Shown here: piece after piece, positions 42,677 through 53,588 of the stretch
Layout: every line of letters starts with the position of its first letter
How positions within the stretch are numbered: position 1 is the first letter of the stretch
Virus record (IMG/VR): IMGVR_UViG_3300032770_000013
Coordinates: 1 to 64,000 of that record
Direction: 5' to 3' (one strand)
DNA from: a virus
Length of the DNA stretch: 64,000 nt
The notes under the pieces: model-generated
What the model was told of the DNA's origin: nothing
Databases searched by the model: none
The model's input: only the letters and a program-made list of their open reading frames with translations
Program-made: the position numbers and the translations under genes

Positions 42677-43555
42677 TTACACCGCTTGCGCTTTGCCGGC
42701 CCCTTTGGGCTTCTCGCCGATCTTCTCCAATCTGCCCTCACCCGAAACAGCGCCAGCAGTCATGTGATGCTTCTGGCTCGGCAAGCGACCCTTCGGACCA
42801 GTGACGCCCTCGACATGGCCGCCCATGGCGCGACCTTCGATCGGCATCTTCTCGGCCTTGTTTGACCGGATCAAGCCTTCTTGCTTGAGCGTTTTCATAA
42901 TCAACTGCTTGTCTTGGAGTTCGTCCGGGTGGTTGACCTTACCCCCATGCTTCCGCGGAGGCACGACCCCCGGAGGCACCGCACCGGGCGCCATCATCGG
43001 CCGAGCCATCGCGCCAGGAGGCATCCCAGCGGCCCCCGGAGGCATCATGGGAGGCGGTGGTCCACCAGCCGGTGGAACCATAGGTCCGCCCGGAGGAACG
43101 ACAGGCGGCGGCCTCATGCCCATTGGACCGCCTCCGCCTTGGGGTGCAACGATCACATTTACATGCGTCGAGCCCTTATGCTTCGTCCGACCGCCGCGGG
43201 CACGGTTGGCCTGAGACTGATTGAGATTGGCTTCCTCGACCGGGGAATCCGCCGTTGTCGAGCCGCCGCTGTCCCGGTGATGAACCTTGCCGCCCCGGGC
43301 CCGCTTGACATGGCCGCCGCGCTTTAGGGTAGCCACCGGATTGGCTACCATCTGCTTGCGGCTGGCGCGATCGGCTCGAGAACGCGGGACTGTGGCATCC
43401 GCGCCAAGCCCTACCGCCTGCTCCGGTCCCTCGCCGCCCTTCATCCGCTCGGATGGGGCGAGGATGTCATTGGCCGGGCTTCCGACATATCCGTCCGTCA
43501 TCCTGCGCATTTTGGCGTTGTGTGACTCGGTCGATTCCTTCTTATGCGGGTGCAT
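42677..43555 (-). CDS. Pro/Gly-rich protein with RARGG motifs
   Basis: 292 aa ORF with RBS. Confidence 0.6.
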   Translation of the reverse strand: MHPHKKESTESHNAKMRRMTDGYVGSPANDILAPSERMKGGEGPEQAVGLGADATVPRSRADRASRKQMVANPVATLKRGGHVKRARGGKVHHRDSGGSTTADSPVEEANLNQSQANRARGGRTKHKGSTHVNVIVAPQGGGGPMGMRPPPVVPPGGPMVPPAGGPPPPMMPPGAAGMPPGAMARPMMAPGAVPPGVVPPRKHGGKVNHPDELQDKQLIMKTLKQEGLIRSNKAEKMPIEGRAMGGHVEGVTGPKGRLPSQKHHMTAGAVSGEGRLEKIGEKPKGAGKAQAV

Positions 43556-43573
43556 AGCCTCAGTTCCCTCTTC

Positions 43574-43825
43574 TTACGCCGTTTCGGGTCTAAGAGGGAA
43601 TTGGATCAACTTATCGCCAATCCCCTGCATGAAATAAACGTCTGATGCCACAACGGGGCCGCCATTTGGCGCGACCGCCGACAACGCAGCAAGTACAGAT
43701 GCTTCAGCTTGCCGAAGATCGACCGGGAAAACCACACGTAAGCCGGAAGTATCCTTGGCCGTCATAGCGCATTCCATGAATGCTAAGACAGCCTTGTCCA
43801 AGACAGCTCGATCAATCCGAAGCAT
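43574..43825 (-). CDS. Hypothetical protein
   Basis: ORF in operon. Confidence 0.45.
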   Translation of the reverse strand: MLRIDRAVLDKAVLAFMECAMTAKDTSGLRVVFPVDLRQAEASVLAALSAVAPNGGPVVASDVYFMQGIGDKLIQFPLRPETA

Positions 43826-43966
43826 GTCAGTCCTTTTCCTTTGGCTCTTTCGGTGGAGTTCCGTCGCTCTGCTTGTACGGTGTCGTGACTTCCTTCTCGC
43901 CCTTCATGGCGCGGTCTAGCCATGCTGGCTTGTGCTTGTACTCGGCGTCTTTCTCGGGATAAGCCA

Positions 43967-44173
43967 TCAGGCCGCCTCCGCTTTTGGCTTGTCTTGCAGC
44001 GAATAACGGCAACTATCAGCGTCGAACATAATCGCCTTAGAGCCGCCGTTCTCACGATAGAAGGTGATAAGTTCGTCGATGTCGTTCCAGTGCAGCGCGC
44101 CAAGCGCGTTCCGCGAAAGCCAGCGGACCGCAAATTCATCCTCGAACATTTCCACCGCGACAGTCGCGCTCAT
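43967..44173 (-). CDS. Hypothetical protein
   Basis: AGGAG RBS. Confidence 0.45.
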   Translation of the reverse strand: MSATVAVEMFEDEFAVRWLSRNALGALHWNDIDELITFYRENGGSKAIMFDADSCRYSLQDKPKAEAA

Positions 44174-44216
44174 GTTACGCTCCTATACCCGACTTTTCGG
44201 CCCTTGTCATGGTGGC

Positions 44217-46619
44217 TCATGGAGCCGCAGGCTCTACTGGTTGTGTCGCCAATTGATGCTGACGCTCCAAGGCATTCTGATTGGCCTCGTGCTGCCGATC
44301 CAGATGGCCTTGGATCATTTCGTGGGCCCGGGCAACACCAGCCTGCCTAGCCTCGTGAACCCTGCCAGCATGCGCCTCTGCGGCTTGCTGCGCGCCCTGA
44401 TTCGCCTGCGCCCGGTTCGCCGCGGTCGCCAAAGCCAGTTTATGAATGCGCTCCGCCGCCCGATTCTGATTGCTGATACCCAACTCTTCCCGCGCAGCCT
44501 GCTGATCGGCATTGTGGATTACGAGCTCGCGCGCCACCCCAAGTGAGGCAATTTTTTCCTTGCTGGCAATGGTTTGCGTGTCCGTGGCGGATTTAAGCTG
44601 CGCCTCTTTCGCTCTCGTCTGACTATCCGCCAATCGGGCTTCGGCAGCCAACAGCGTAGCTTGGGCAGTTATTGCACTCGGATCTGGCTGCGCTGCACCG
44701 GGCGGCGGAGCGGGCTTAAAGAATCTCTGACTGTCATCCACGCCCATAACCTGAAAGGCCCAGTCGTCGACTTCGTTCAGGTCTAAATTCGGATTGGTCA
44801 TTGCCATCTGCCGCGCGGCCACGACCTTCAGATACCGCTCGGTCTGGCTCGAGGTGTTCGGATCGGCCGCCGGCACCAATTCACAATCGCTCAATGCCGC
44901 AAGGAATAGCTCCCGGTGCCGCTCTTCGGCTTCGTCCTCAGCGTCTACCACTGGCTGCTGTCCGGCTTCGGCAGTCAGTAGAGCCAATACTTTGCTTTTC
45001 TTGTTATGCCTCCAAAGGGCCTCTGGGTCTTCCTCCAAGAGGCTCTTGAGCATATCAAATTCAGCCCCTTGCGCCTGATGTAGTCGCTTATGAACAGCCG
45101 ACATCAATTTCGTGGCCTGCTCAATCAGAGCAAGCGTAGTGCCCACCGGAGCATCTTGCCGACCCTCTCCGATCTGCAATTCCGCCGTTCCACCAACGCG
45201 CTGCGCTGTGGTGGCAATGTTCTCGATAAGCTGGATGAAAACCGCGCTCGGATCCTTGTACGGCAACGGCATTATCGCCTTGGAAATATCGTTTCCGACC
45301 GTATCGATCGCCATGCCGCCGCCTGGCGGAATGCGGAACTGGTTGGTTAATTGCTTGGCGAGGGATTTGAGATAGAGAAATCCGGGGAAGTTGGCGAACA
45401 TGCCGGCGTCGATCATCAGCCGCCATGCCGCCGTCACAGCCTTGGTGGCATTGCCGAGAACATTCAGCAGGCCGATGCCGTAGAACCCCAAGCCTGGAAT
45501 GAAGATGTAGGCGATGATACGATTGACGGCGAGGCAGAACGCATCGTCCTCATCCCAATTGCGGCGGATTTCAAGAATTTTCCGGGCTTCCTTGTCGATC
45601 GTCACCTTGTACGGCAGCGGCAGTCCGGTTTCCTTGCTCTCCAGTTTATGCTCGAAGCCCGGCAGGTCGTACTCGCAATAACACTCGTAGAGCTCGCGGT
45701 CCTGATCGGCGGTGTCGAGATAGGTGGAAGGCGCTATGCCTTGCGTCTGGTCAATCTTGATATCGACCGCATCGCGCGGTGCCGGCGTTCCCGGAGCGGG
45801 CAAGCTGATATCGCGGTAAACGCCCAACAGTTGCATACGCCGCAACACGCTTGGCCGCATCATGACGCGGTGGGTGACTCGGCCAGCACCGTCAATATCC
45901 GTCGCCGAGTTGCTGACGATTAAATCGTTCGCATCAATCGAGGCGATGACCGGACGTCGCTTGATCGGATCGTGACTGCCCTTCTTGAAGGAAATCCCGG
46001 AGAACCCGAGCATCAGCAGCATTCTATCCGTGTCGGGATAGTATTCTTTCGCTACCTTGGTCAGGTAATGGTTCAAATCCTTTTCGAGCGCTTGGGCCAG
46101 CCGTGCCGATAGCGAGTTCTCCTCGCCATCATTGCGGACCTTGACCGGCCCATCGGACGGCAAAAGCTCGCCGCGGGCATTCGCCTGAAAGCGCAGGACG
46201 GCCTCGAGCAGGAGCGGATGGTCGACGGTGGATACGCCTTCGGCCGGCGTGGCTCCCGAGGCCGCGGCGCCGCGGGGATTCTTGACTTGGAGGCCGAGCA
46301 ACGAAATGCCGTTGCTCATATTCTCCAGCCATTCCTGGCGGCTTTGCAGATCTTGCTCGATGCCGAATAGTAGCTTCTCAGCCATGAGGCTGAGTTCGGC
46401 TTCGCTTAGTTCTTCCGCTAGATTGGCCTTAAAGCCCTTGTCTTCTTTGCTTTCTTGCGGAGGCGGACCCCAAGTAATCTCGACATTGCCGTCAGGAAGC
46501 GGGACTTGTACGGTATTGGTCCCGATATCGTAATCAACTGCGTCCGGGTCATCGCTGGAGAGGGCGACAACCACGTCCGACATGGGCATAGAGCGATCTA
46601 ATTGGTAAACATTGCTCAT
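44217..46619 (-). CDS. Portal protein
   Basis: 800 aa; HPLLLEAVLRFQA..ELLPSDGPVK, PGLGFYGIGL, APVGTTLALIEQ. Confidence 0.88.
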   Translation of the reverse strand: MSNVYQLDRSMPMSDVVVALSSDDPDAVDYDIGTNTVQVPLPDGNVEITWGPPPQESKEDKGFKANLAEELSEAELSLMAEKLLFGIEQDLQSRQEWLENMSNGISLLGLQVKNPRGAAASGATPAEGVSTVDHPLLLEAVLRFQANARGELLPSDGPVKVRNDGEENSLSARLAQALEKDLNHYLTKVAKEYYPDTDRMLLMLGFSGISFKKGSHDPIKRRPVIASIDANDLIVSNSATDIDGAGRVTHRVMMRPSVLRRMQLLGVYRDISLPAPGTPAPRDAVDIKIDQTQGIAPSTYLDTADQDRELYECYCEYDLPGFEHKLESKETGLPLPYKVTIDKEARKILEIRRNWDEDDAFCLAVNRIIAYIFIPGLGFYGIGLLNVLGNATKAVTAAWRLMIDAGMFANFPGFLYLKSLAKQLTNQFRIPPGGGMAIDTVGNDISKAIMPLPYKDPSAVFIQLIENIATTAQRVGGTAELQIGEGRQDAPVGTTLALIEQATKLMSAVHKRLHQAQGAEFDMLKSLLEEDPEALWRHNKKSKVLALLTAEAGQQPVVDAEDEAEERHRELFLAALSDCELVPAADPNTSSQTERYLKVVAARQMAMTNPNLDLNEVDDWAFQVMGVDDSQRFFKPAPPPGAAQPDPSAITAQATLLAAEARLADSQTRAKEAQLKSATDTQTIASKEKIASLGVARELVIHNADQQAAREELGISNQNRAAERIHKLALATAANRAQANQGAQQAAEAHAGRVHEARQAGVARAHEMIQGHLDRQHEANQNALERQHQLATQPVEPAAP

Positions 46620-47158
46620 TGCGTGGCTGCGCCGTTACTAAAGACCGAAAATTCCTTAGCGTAACGAAGCGAAGCTTGCCTGTAGGCTAAAGCTGCATCA
46701 TCAATATTATTGAATAGTCCCAAACTGATCCTTCTTCCAAAGTAAATACTTGCTCTCCATTTTTTTGTTTTTGGATGCCAATCAACTCCAGTAAATCCAC
46801 TCGTGTTGTTTTTCTTCTTCTTAACGTTGTGGTTTTGTTGCGATCTGGTCGCCAGCCGAAGATTGGCAATTCGATTGTCGGCTGTATCTCGATTGACGTG
46901 GTCTAGCTCTGATTCTGGCAAAACCCCATAAACATAGAGCCACGCTAGGCGATGCGCTAAATATCTTTTCCCATCAAGCTGAATATACCAATAGCCATTT
47001 GGCTTTAGATCACCAGCTACCTTCCCGGCAAACCTTTTGTTCCAAGTCTTATCGAATCTATTGGTCTCTACGCGATGCAGCCAAGTAAATATGCCGGTCT
47101 CTGGCTCGTAATTTAGTCGGACCTTTAAAGTCGGCGCCTCGGTCAAGTAATCGAACAT
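46616..47158 (-). CDS. HNH-AP2 homing endonuclease
   Basis: AHRLAWLY..LDHVNRDTADNRIANLR; SGFTGV. Confidence 0.88.
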   Translation of the reverse strand: MFDYLTEAPTLKVRLNYEPETGIFTWLHRVETNRFDKTWNKRFAGKVAGDLKPNGYWYIQLDGKRYLAHRLAWLYVYGVLPESELDHVNRDTADNRIANLRLATRSQQNHNVKKKKNNTSGFTGVDWHPKTKKWRASIYFGRRISLGLFNNIDDAALAYRQASLRYAKEFSVFSNGAATQ

Positions 47159-47217
47159 TTAATATACCTTTGTATGGCCGCGAAGCTCATTCAGTCCCGC
47201 GCGAATCAGGCGCTATC

Positions 47218-47610
47218 TTACTGCTTTTGACTGGCTTCCGGTCCATTAGGCTCTATCCGTGGGCCGCGGCGGGACAAACCCAGGCGTTTAATAGTCTCAT
47301 CAAGCTTGGTGTCGGCATTGCCGTCAACGCGGACTGACTTTGCTATGCTAAAAAGCATCTCCTTGTCATAGCACGCCGCCATCAGCGCGTGCCATTGAGC
47401 CAAGCATTTCAGCAAGAAAGGAAAGGCGTGCTTGACCTGATTGATATGAAGATTGTCGGCCACTGAGTTGTATGTAACGGCAAAGCCAAGGACTTCATTG
47501 CCAATTACGATACTCGTAGCATCGCTATCTTTGCGAACGAAAAAACCTTCTGGCAGCGGCGGCAACGCGGCCTTGATTTCTTCAACTGCCTTGTCGAGAA
47601 GCGACGTCAT
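47218..47610 (-). CDS. Hypothetical protein
   Basis: Coupled ORF. Confidence 0.5.
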   Translation of the reverse strand: MTSLLDKAVEEIKAALPPLPEGFFVRKDSDATSIVIGNEVLGFAVTYNSVADNLHINQVKHAFPFLLKCLAQWHALMAACYDKEMLFSIAKSVRVDGNADTKLDETIKRLGLSRRGPRIEPNGPEASQKQ

Positions 47611-47888
47611 GGCCGCGCCCGCACGATGCTCGACATGGGCTTCGGGTTCACGATCTCGCCCAGCAGCCTAGCCTGTAGCATCCCGGCGCCGACGTACAGA
47701 TCACCATGAAGCATTCCCACATAAGCATTCGCCACTCCGCGCTGCTGGCTTATTGCCACGATGCCACAGGCGGCGAGATTGCCGGCCTTGGCCTGCGCGA
47801 GAAATTCTTCCAGCATCTGAACGATGGGATTCTTTAGCTGCGGGATTGGGGGTAGATCGTTGGCCGCTGGTTCGCCGTTCATGCTCAT
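47607..47888 (-). CDS. Hypothetical protein
   Basis: Coupled ORF. Confidence 0.5.
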   Translation of the reverse strand: MSMNGEPAANDLPPIPQLKNPIVQMLEEFLAQAKAGNLAACGIVAISQQRGVANAYVGMLHGDLYVGAGMLQARLLGEIVNPKPMSSIVRARP

Positions 47889-48088
47889 TGCTCTTCCTCT
47901 CTCACCCCAACCGGCCGCTCACTCTCCGGCACAAAGTCGGCCCGGATGGCAGACCGCGGAAACACACTCACTACACCGGGAACCTTGACGGCTTCCTGTT
48001 CCGCCTCGGCGGCGGAATAGGCTTGGGTCTCGACCCAGTCTTCAATAACCTTTTTTACCCGGACGCGCCAGATGTTAGGGCGTGGCAT
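47885..48088 (-). CDS. Hypothetical protein
   Basis: Coupled ORF. Confidence 0.45.
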   Translation of the reverse strand: MPRPNIWRVRVKKVIEDWVETQAYSAAEAEQEAVKVPGVVSVFPRSAIRADFVPESERPVGVREEEQ

Positions 48089-48423
48089 TCAAATATCGTC
48101 CCTGCATTCCTGCTCGCAGTCCGCGCAACAAGTGCAAAACTCTGCATTATCGTCGTCGTTGATCTCCCGCTGATACGGGCATGAATGCGGCGGCAACGCA
48201 TCGTTCGGCGCTTGCTCGCGGCCAAAGCGTCGACAGCGTTCACACTTTGGCATTTGGGTCACGGTCATCAGTCGTCAATCGATGCAAAAAACCTATTGCA
48301 TCTCGATTAGCACCCGGACGAAGCCTAGCGGTTAATGGTTCATCGTAAGTCGGGCGCACGATGGGTAAGCGTTTACATTCGTCCTGCCGGACAGGACGGC
48401 CGCTAGGATGTTTTGGCGGCGTA

Positions 48424-49650
48424 TTAATCTTTGTCGACATAATAAGATTTTACCTCATTAGACCCAGAATGACACGCGGCATCAATCTCGCCCTTCAGCC
48501 CCATCCGCAGTTTGTTCAGCCGCATCGCCTTAACGTGCTGGTCCGATGCTATCTCATTGTGCCGTCCGCCGGTAGCCTTTGGCACCATATCCTCAAGCAC
48601 GTCAAACGTCTCGGCGTGAATGTCCACCAGCGAACTCAGTAGCTTTGATAAGCCTGGCTGACGAAGCAGAAACCGTCCCGCTTCCGCATGACGCTGGTAT
48701 TCCCGCTCGATCAATGCCCGCTTTTCCGGGCCAAACCGCATCCGCTTCACGATCAATACCGCAAACCGGTCAAGGAAATCACCCGGCGTCAACGGCATCT
48801 TCACCGAGCAAATCGGCGAGGGATCATGCAGACGAAGCCGCCGCGCATTGGCCCCGTCTAGGATAAGCCCAATCAGCTCATCATGGTTGAGGTCCGTGAT
48901 CTTATATTCCTCGACGTCGAAATCAAACCCGGCAAACTTCGCCACCGAGGCATAGGGGAAAGTATCCTTTGCCCAATAGGCCGGCGCTCGGCCGCCATCT
49001 ATATCCGGTGTTGCCAAGGTCTTGCGACACGGCCATTGGCCGGTGACGAATACCGACATCAACCCGCATTGCGGCCCGATCACCCATTCGGTCGCGCACG
49101 CCTTCGCCAATAAATCATGCAGCCCAAGCTTCTTGTCGTTCACCCATACTTTGCGCCCGGCCGCATAAAGCGCAGCTACCAGCCGCGGATAGAAGCTCGG
49201 TTGCGTGTTCGGCCATGTTGTCGCTTCCACGATCATCACCGTATTCGGCTCAAACGGCGGCGCATTCGGTAATCGCGGAAGACTTAACGGCGCTTGCGGA
49301 TCCAGCCCGAGCACCATGCGGAACATATCGGCGTGGGTTACGTCATGCTGTGTGGGAAGATGATCGAGCTTGATCCTGTTCCGGACCATACACGGATGCG
49401 CGTAGAACGGCTGGCCGTTGCCGATGATGTTCTCGTATGATCGCTGAAAAGCCTGGTTTGCCTCCGTGCCGAATGTGGCAATGTCATCGACGCGGTATCG
49501 GACGCCCTTGAACAGATCGACCAAACCGACATGGCCGCTTTTAATAACCAGTTCAACGTTGTCTGTCCGATGCTGGCGGCAGAAACTCTCATAGAGCGAA
49601 GCGACCAAGTAGACATCGCCCAAGCCTCCGAGAACTACGATGGTCTGCAT
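48424..49650 (-). CDS. GT9-like glycosyltransferase with C-terminal helical domain
   Basis: GGLGDVYL and VIGPQCGL motifs; paralog of 54978-55763. Confidence 0.5.
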   Translation of the reverse strand: MQTIVVLGGLGDVYLVASLYESFCRQHRTDNVELVIKSGHVGLVDLFKGVRYRVDDIATFGTEANQAFQRSYENIIGNGQPFYAHPCMVRNRIKLDHLPTQHDVTHADMFRMVLGLDPQAPLSLPRLPNAPPFEPNTVMIVEATTWPNTQPSFYPRLVAALYAAGRKVWVNDKKLGLHDLLAKACATEWVIGPQCGLMSVFVTGQWPCRKTLATPDIDGGRAPAYWAKDTFPYASVAKFAGFDFDVEEYKITDLNHDELIGLILDGANARRLRLHDPSPICSVKMPLTPGDFLDRFAVLIVKRMRFGPEKRALIEREYQRHAEAGRFLLRQPGLSKLLSSLVDIHAETFDVLEDMVPKATGGRHNEIASDQHVKAMRLNKLRMGLKGEIDAACHSGSNEVKSYYVDKD

Positions 49651-49898
49651 CTGATTTATGGCGCGTAAGTTATTTCCGGAATCTTACCTCCGACTACGCG
49701 CTTGCAATGATCGCACATCAGATAAATGTCATCCATGTGGGTGACGCCTCCGCAACTTGGACAACGCGGTAAGTGCATGTCGCTGAACTCGCAAACGCCA
49801 TCTACGTGCCATGTCTTACACTTACACTCTTCGCAATGAAGAATCATGTCTGCAATCATCTGGCTAGCGTCTCGCGTTTATGAGTTCTCAATGCGTGC

Positions 49899-50384
49899 TC
49901 ACTCGGCGGCTTCTGGATAGCCAATTGTGGTGCAGGTTGATCGCTCCACAAATCGCAGTGCGATGCAGAGTTCGGTCGTGTTCGTGACAAAGCCTGAGCC
50001 AAGTAGATACATCAATTCCGGCTCAAACTGATCTTCGTTCAACATGAACACCACGTCCTTGCCTTGGCCGCAGGCGTAGCCAGCTTCCAAATGGGCGGAA
50101 CGCCCACACGGCAGAACAAGCACGCAGGTATCGCACCAGTTAAGCGCGTCCTTGTCGAGCTTGAACCCGGACGCCGCAATAGGATGGCGCTCGATCTCGA
50201 CGACGTATTTTTGTAGGGACCAGTCCTTCCATTCGCGATCTATGGCAGACCAGTGGAAGCCCTCGTTGCCATCGGCCGGATGCCGAAAGTCATAGACTTC
50301 GTGACCTTCAGCACGCAACGCCTCGACGACTTTCGGCTGTAGTTTGTTACGCCAAGACGATGCCACATAGATTTTGCGTTTCAT
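49899..50384 (-). CDS. Nucleoside 2-deoxyribosyltransferase-like protein
   Basis: KIYVASSWRN..EVYDF..CVLVLPCGRSAHLEAGY. Confidence 0.7.
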   Translation of the reverse strand: MKRKIYVASSWRNKLQPKVVEALRAEGHEVYDFRHPADGNEGFHWSAIDREWKDWSLQKYVVEIERHPIAASGFKLDKDALNWCDTCVLVLPCGRSAHLEAGYACGQGKDVVFMLNEDQFEPELMYLLGSGFVTNTTELCIALRFVERSTCTTIGYPEAAE

Positions 50385-50425
50385 TTTTCAGACCTCGCGT
50401 TAAGGAGCGGTTAGAGCGTGCTTTG

Positions 50426-50914
50426 CTATGGCGCGTCAGCGATGCCACCGCTGGCGCGGAGGTCCGCGTAGCTGGCCTCGTCAACGGCGCGATTAAGCTC
50501 AATCTGCAAAAGCGTCCCGACCACCGTATCTATCACCTGATACCAAGTTGGCGAGCTAGGCGTCTGGTTGCGAAAGACATTCATCAACTCGGTGAGTTCG
50601 TTCAAGCTCGCCATTTTGCTTCCTTCCTTGCGGCGACAAAGCTTGCAGCGGCCGTTGCCTAGGTTATGCTCCGCTTTGGATATTGGAGTATTGCAATCTC
50701 GACAAACGTGTCGCGGAAGATCGCTCGTTGCTTCGGCTTTTCTTAAAGCTTCGCCAGCGATCTTTCGACATGCTATCAGCCGCGCCGGTGTGTCTTTGTA
50801 CTCACCTTCGCCCCAGCCGATCTTCTCGATGGTCCATAGGGCTCTCTCCATTAAAGCCTCACGGCTAGGAGTTTTGCCGTCCTTGTAAAGATGTGCCGCC
50901 CAATGTGAAGTCAT
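50426..50914 (-). CDS. Hypothetical protein
   Basis: ORF with CxxC pairs. Confidence 0.4.
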   Translation of the reverse strand: MTSHWAAHLYKDGKTPSREALMERALWTIEKIGWGEGEYKDTPARLIACRKIAGEALRKAEATSDLPRHVCRDCNTPISKAEHNLGNGRCKLCRRKEGSKMASLNELTELMNVFRNQTPSSPTWYQVIDTVVGTLLQIELNRAVDEASYADLRASGGIADAP

Positions 50915-50979
50915 CGGTAAATCCTAAGCGTTCCCGGTGAAGGCATGGCGACGGCGAAGTTCATTTAGAGCGCACTTTG

Positions 50980-51357
50980 CTAAATCGTAATGACGGGAGA
51001 ACTGACCTCAGCCCGATCAGGCCAATATGGAAAACTGATCGCAGCCCGAGGTTCTGCTGCATCTATGTCATAGGCCAATTTGCCATCATGGAATCGCGAG
51101 TCTTTGAACACGGTGCCGCATCGCTTATTTTGGAAAACGCCGTCAGCGACCTTGACCCATTCGTCATCGGCGCCGGTCAATGGCGCAAGCGGCTTCCCAG
51201 CAATACACCGCATCAGAACCGGTGCGACAGCGTGGACAGCGCCTCCGCTGTCCCATTGACCGAAGAACTTTTCCAGTATCTCGATCATTACTCGGCTATC
51301 TTCTTCGCCGAAGTTGATTGCGGCGAGTTCGGTTTTAGCTTGGTCAACGATGCTCAT
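50980..51357 (-). CDS. Conserved phage hypothetical protein
   Basis: PLAPLTGADDEW..FQNKRC..VFKD. Confidence 0.65.
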   Translation of the reverse strand: MSIVDQAKTELAAINFGEEDSRVMIEILEKFFGQWDSGGAVHAVAPVLMRCIAGKPLAPLTGADDEWVKVADGVFQNKRCGTVFKDSRFHDGKLAYDIDAAEPRAAISFPYWPDRAEVSSPVITI

Positions 51358-51790
51358 AGTCCCTCCTCGCGTTTATAAGTCCTTAGAGCGCGCTCGCTCG
51401 ATCTCGCGACGCGCTATTTCACGGCATTTTCTTTTTGACCATTCCCTTCGCTGACGTGGACCCTCTGCTCGTTCCTCGCGGCGAAGCGTCAGAAATGCCC
51501 GGTGGATCGGATCGGGCCACCGTTGTGTTTTCATTTCGGAACCTCACGATTCTCAATGCGGCGATAGCAGTCTGGATGATATTTCCTATGATCGACCTGA
51601 ATCATCGGACCTTCGCCGAGCGGATTTCGACAAGCTGCGCATGGGATGGCGCTGATGATCGCTCCAAGAAAACACTCAAACCGCTGCACCGATGGCTCCG
51701 GCTCGTAATATCCATCCCTGTGCCTGCCGTAAATCATCAGAATTTGCCCTCGTCCTTACCTCGCTGTTTCACGCCGACGCGATGACTGGA

Positions 51791-52279
51791 TCACAGAAAC
51801 ACATCGAGGCGACCGGCCTCTATATTGGCGATGGCCTCTCGTAGCCTCTGAGCTTTGTCAGCGGCCATGCGTTCTTCGGATTCGGCACGCTCTAGCCTAT
51901 AGCGCGCCGATTGAAGCATTTTCGTCAGACTTCGCTTGGCGCCCTTGCGCAGATAGAAATTATCGCGACTCGAATTGGAATGGTTGAGGTTCACAATGTC
52001 CGCATCATCGTAGTAATCAGCCTGGTGCTCACTGGACTTTTCGAGGTCCGCGAGATTGCCCAAGTGCTCCAACGTCAACGCCGGCAGATCGGCTTCTGCA
52101 AAGGATCGACCGTCATTGCCGCTGCCCCAAAAGGTATCTCGCAGCCGACCATTCTTGACGACGGCTATGCAGGAACAACAATGGTAGCGACCCCATGAAC
52201 CGTCGCGCTCAGGGTCGGGTTCGCGAAAGCGCCAACGATAAATGTCGCCTTCCCGCAACTTCTCTGAAACTTCTGCCAT
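51791..52279 (-). CDS. Hypothetical protein
   Basis: 162 aa with RBS. Confidence 0.55.
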   Translation of the reverse strand: MAEVSEKLREGDIYRWRFREPDPERDGSWGRYHCCSCIAVVKNGRLRDTFWGSGNDGRSFAEADLPALTLEHLGNLADLEKSSEHQADYYDDADIVNLNHSNSSRDNFYLRKGAKRSLTKMLQSARYRLERAESEERMAADKAQRLREAIANIEAGRLDVFL

Positions 52280-52380
52280 CGCTCGCCTCTGTTTCGCCGC
52301 CTCGCGTCTAAGCGATAACTGACGGGCGCTTTGATTTCATTGATCTGCGCACACACACTGCCTTAGAGCGCACCCATCGA

Positions 52381-52530
52381 TTACCCGACTCCACGCCGCG
52401 CCGTTCCGAGGTCAGGATAACGTATTATCTCTTGATGCACGGACAAGTCCACTTCCTCAAGGTTAACGCGCCCAAGCCGATGAGGAATAAATCCCCGCCA
52501 CTCTATCGTGCCTATCCGGTTGTCGCTCAT
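52381..52530 (-). pseudogene. Displaced duplicate of the 3' end of the 53585-54772 gene
   Basis: IEWRGFIPHRLGRVNLEEVDLSVHQEIIRYPDL versus VEWGGFIYAVPHRSGRIYLEEIDLGKHPEIMRYSDL. Confidence 0.7.
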
Positions 52531-53588
52531 TGAGCTACACGTCCCCGGCTTCCCTCAACAGGACCCGCAGCACTACGGGCGAGAATGTTCTTTGCACTAT
52601 TGTGGTCACGGTCATGGACCGCACCACATTCATCACAAATCCATTCCCTTATTCGCAACCCTTTTTGACCTTTTGGGCCACTGCGCGCACCGCACGCAGA
52701 ACAGGTTACGGTCGTAAAACTCTCGTTCACTTCCTCATAACCTACTGATTTGTATTTCAGCATGGTACGGAAAGTAGACCAACTAGCATCCAGCACGGAC
52801 TTTGCCATCCGTGTCTGTGCAAGCTGCTTCGCATTGACGTTGCCCACGACGATTAGCGAGTATCGAGCCGCAAGCTCCGTCGAAAGTTTGTGTAGAAAAT
52901 CTTGGCGACAGTTTTGGATTTTGATCCACAGACGCCGCGACTTTCGCTGGTTATTGGCGCGCTGAGATTTAGCTATTCGCTGTTCATATTGCCGATAATA
53001 TTGCGGTGCTCCAATCCTGCGGCCATCGCTCAATGTGACGAATGATTTTAGACCGAGATCAATCCCAATAGCTGCATCTCCGCCAATCCGCTGCTCAACC
53101 TCAACATGAAAACAAACATACCAGCGACCCAAGCTATCTTCAACGAAGTAGCCGCCTTTAGCATTCTCAGGAAGCGGTCTGCCGCCTTCCCAAAATCGAT
53201 ATCTCTTACGAAAATAAGTAATAGTATTGCCTTCAATTTGACGACCTTGATTCTGAAATGGTATCCATCCCAAAGAACGTTTCGCACCAAAACTTGATCT
53301 GAAATTCGGAGCACGTTTAATCTTGTCTCGAGCAACAGCAAACTGCCGACAAACCTCGCCTACACTCTGCTGATTCAAATTCAATATTTTGCTGACTCCC
53401 TTGCAAAGCTTTTGTAGATCATAGTGAGTTGCCCATTTACGAGGCTTCTCACCAGCCCGATAGCGTGCTTGCACGTCAAGTTGTTGAGCACAGCAGTAAT
53501 TCCAAACCTGATTAACAGCATAAGCATGTCGCCTCAGCGTCTTTTTGGCTGAGCGATCTTTGATGCGATATTTATAAGTGAGAATCAT
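52527..53588 (-). CDS. tnpB: TnpB RNA-guided endonuclease (IS200/IS605 family), no tnpA
   Basis: TYKYRI; GIDLGLK; TTVTCSACG..WICDECG..HDRDHNSAKNIL. Confidence 0.9.
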   Translation of the reverse strand: MILTYKYRIKDRSAKKTLRRHAYAVNQVWNYCCAQQLDVQARYRAGEKPRKWATHYDLQKLCKGVSKILNLNQQSVGEVCRQFAVARDKIKRAPNFRSSFGAKRSLGWIPFQNQGRQIEGNTITYFRKRYRFWEGGRPLPENAKGGYFVEDSLGRWYVCFHVEVEQRIGGDAAIGIDLGLKSFVTLSDGRRIGAPQYYRQYEQRIAKSQRANNQRKSRRLWIKIQNCRQDFLHKLSTELAARYSLIVVGNVNAKQLAQTRMAKSVLDASWSTFRTMLKYKSVGYEEVNESFTTVTCSACGARSGPKGQKGLRIREWICDECGAVHDRDHNSAKNILARSAAGPVEGSRGRVAQ

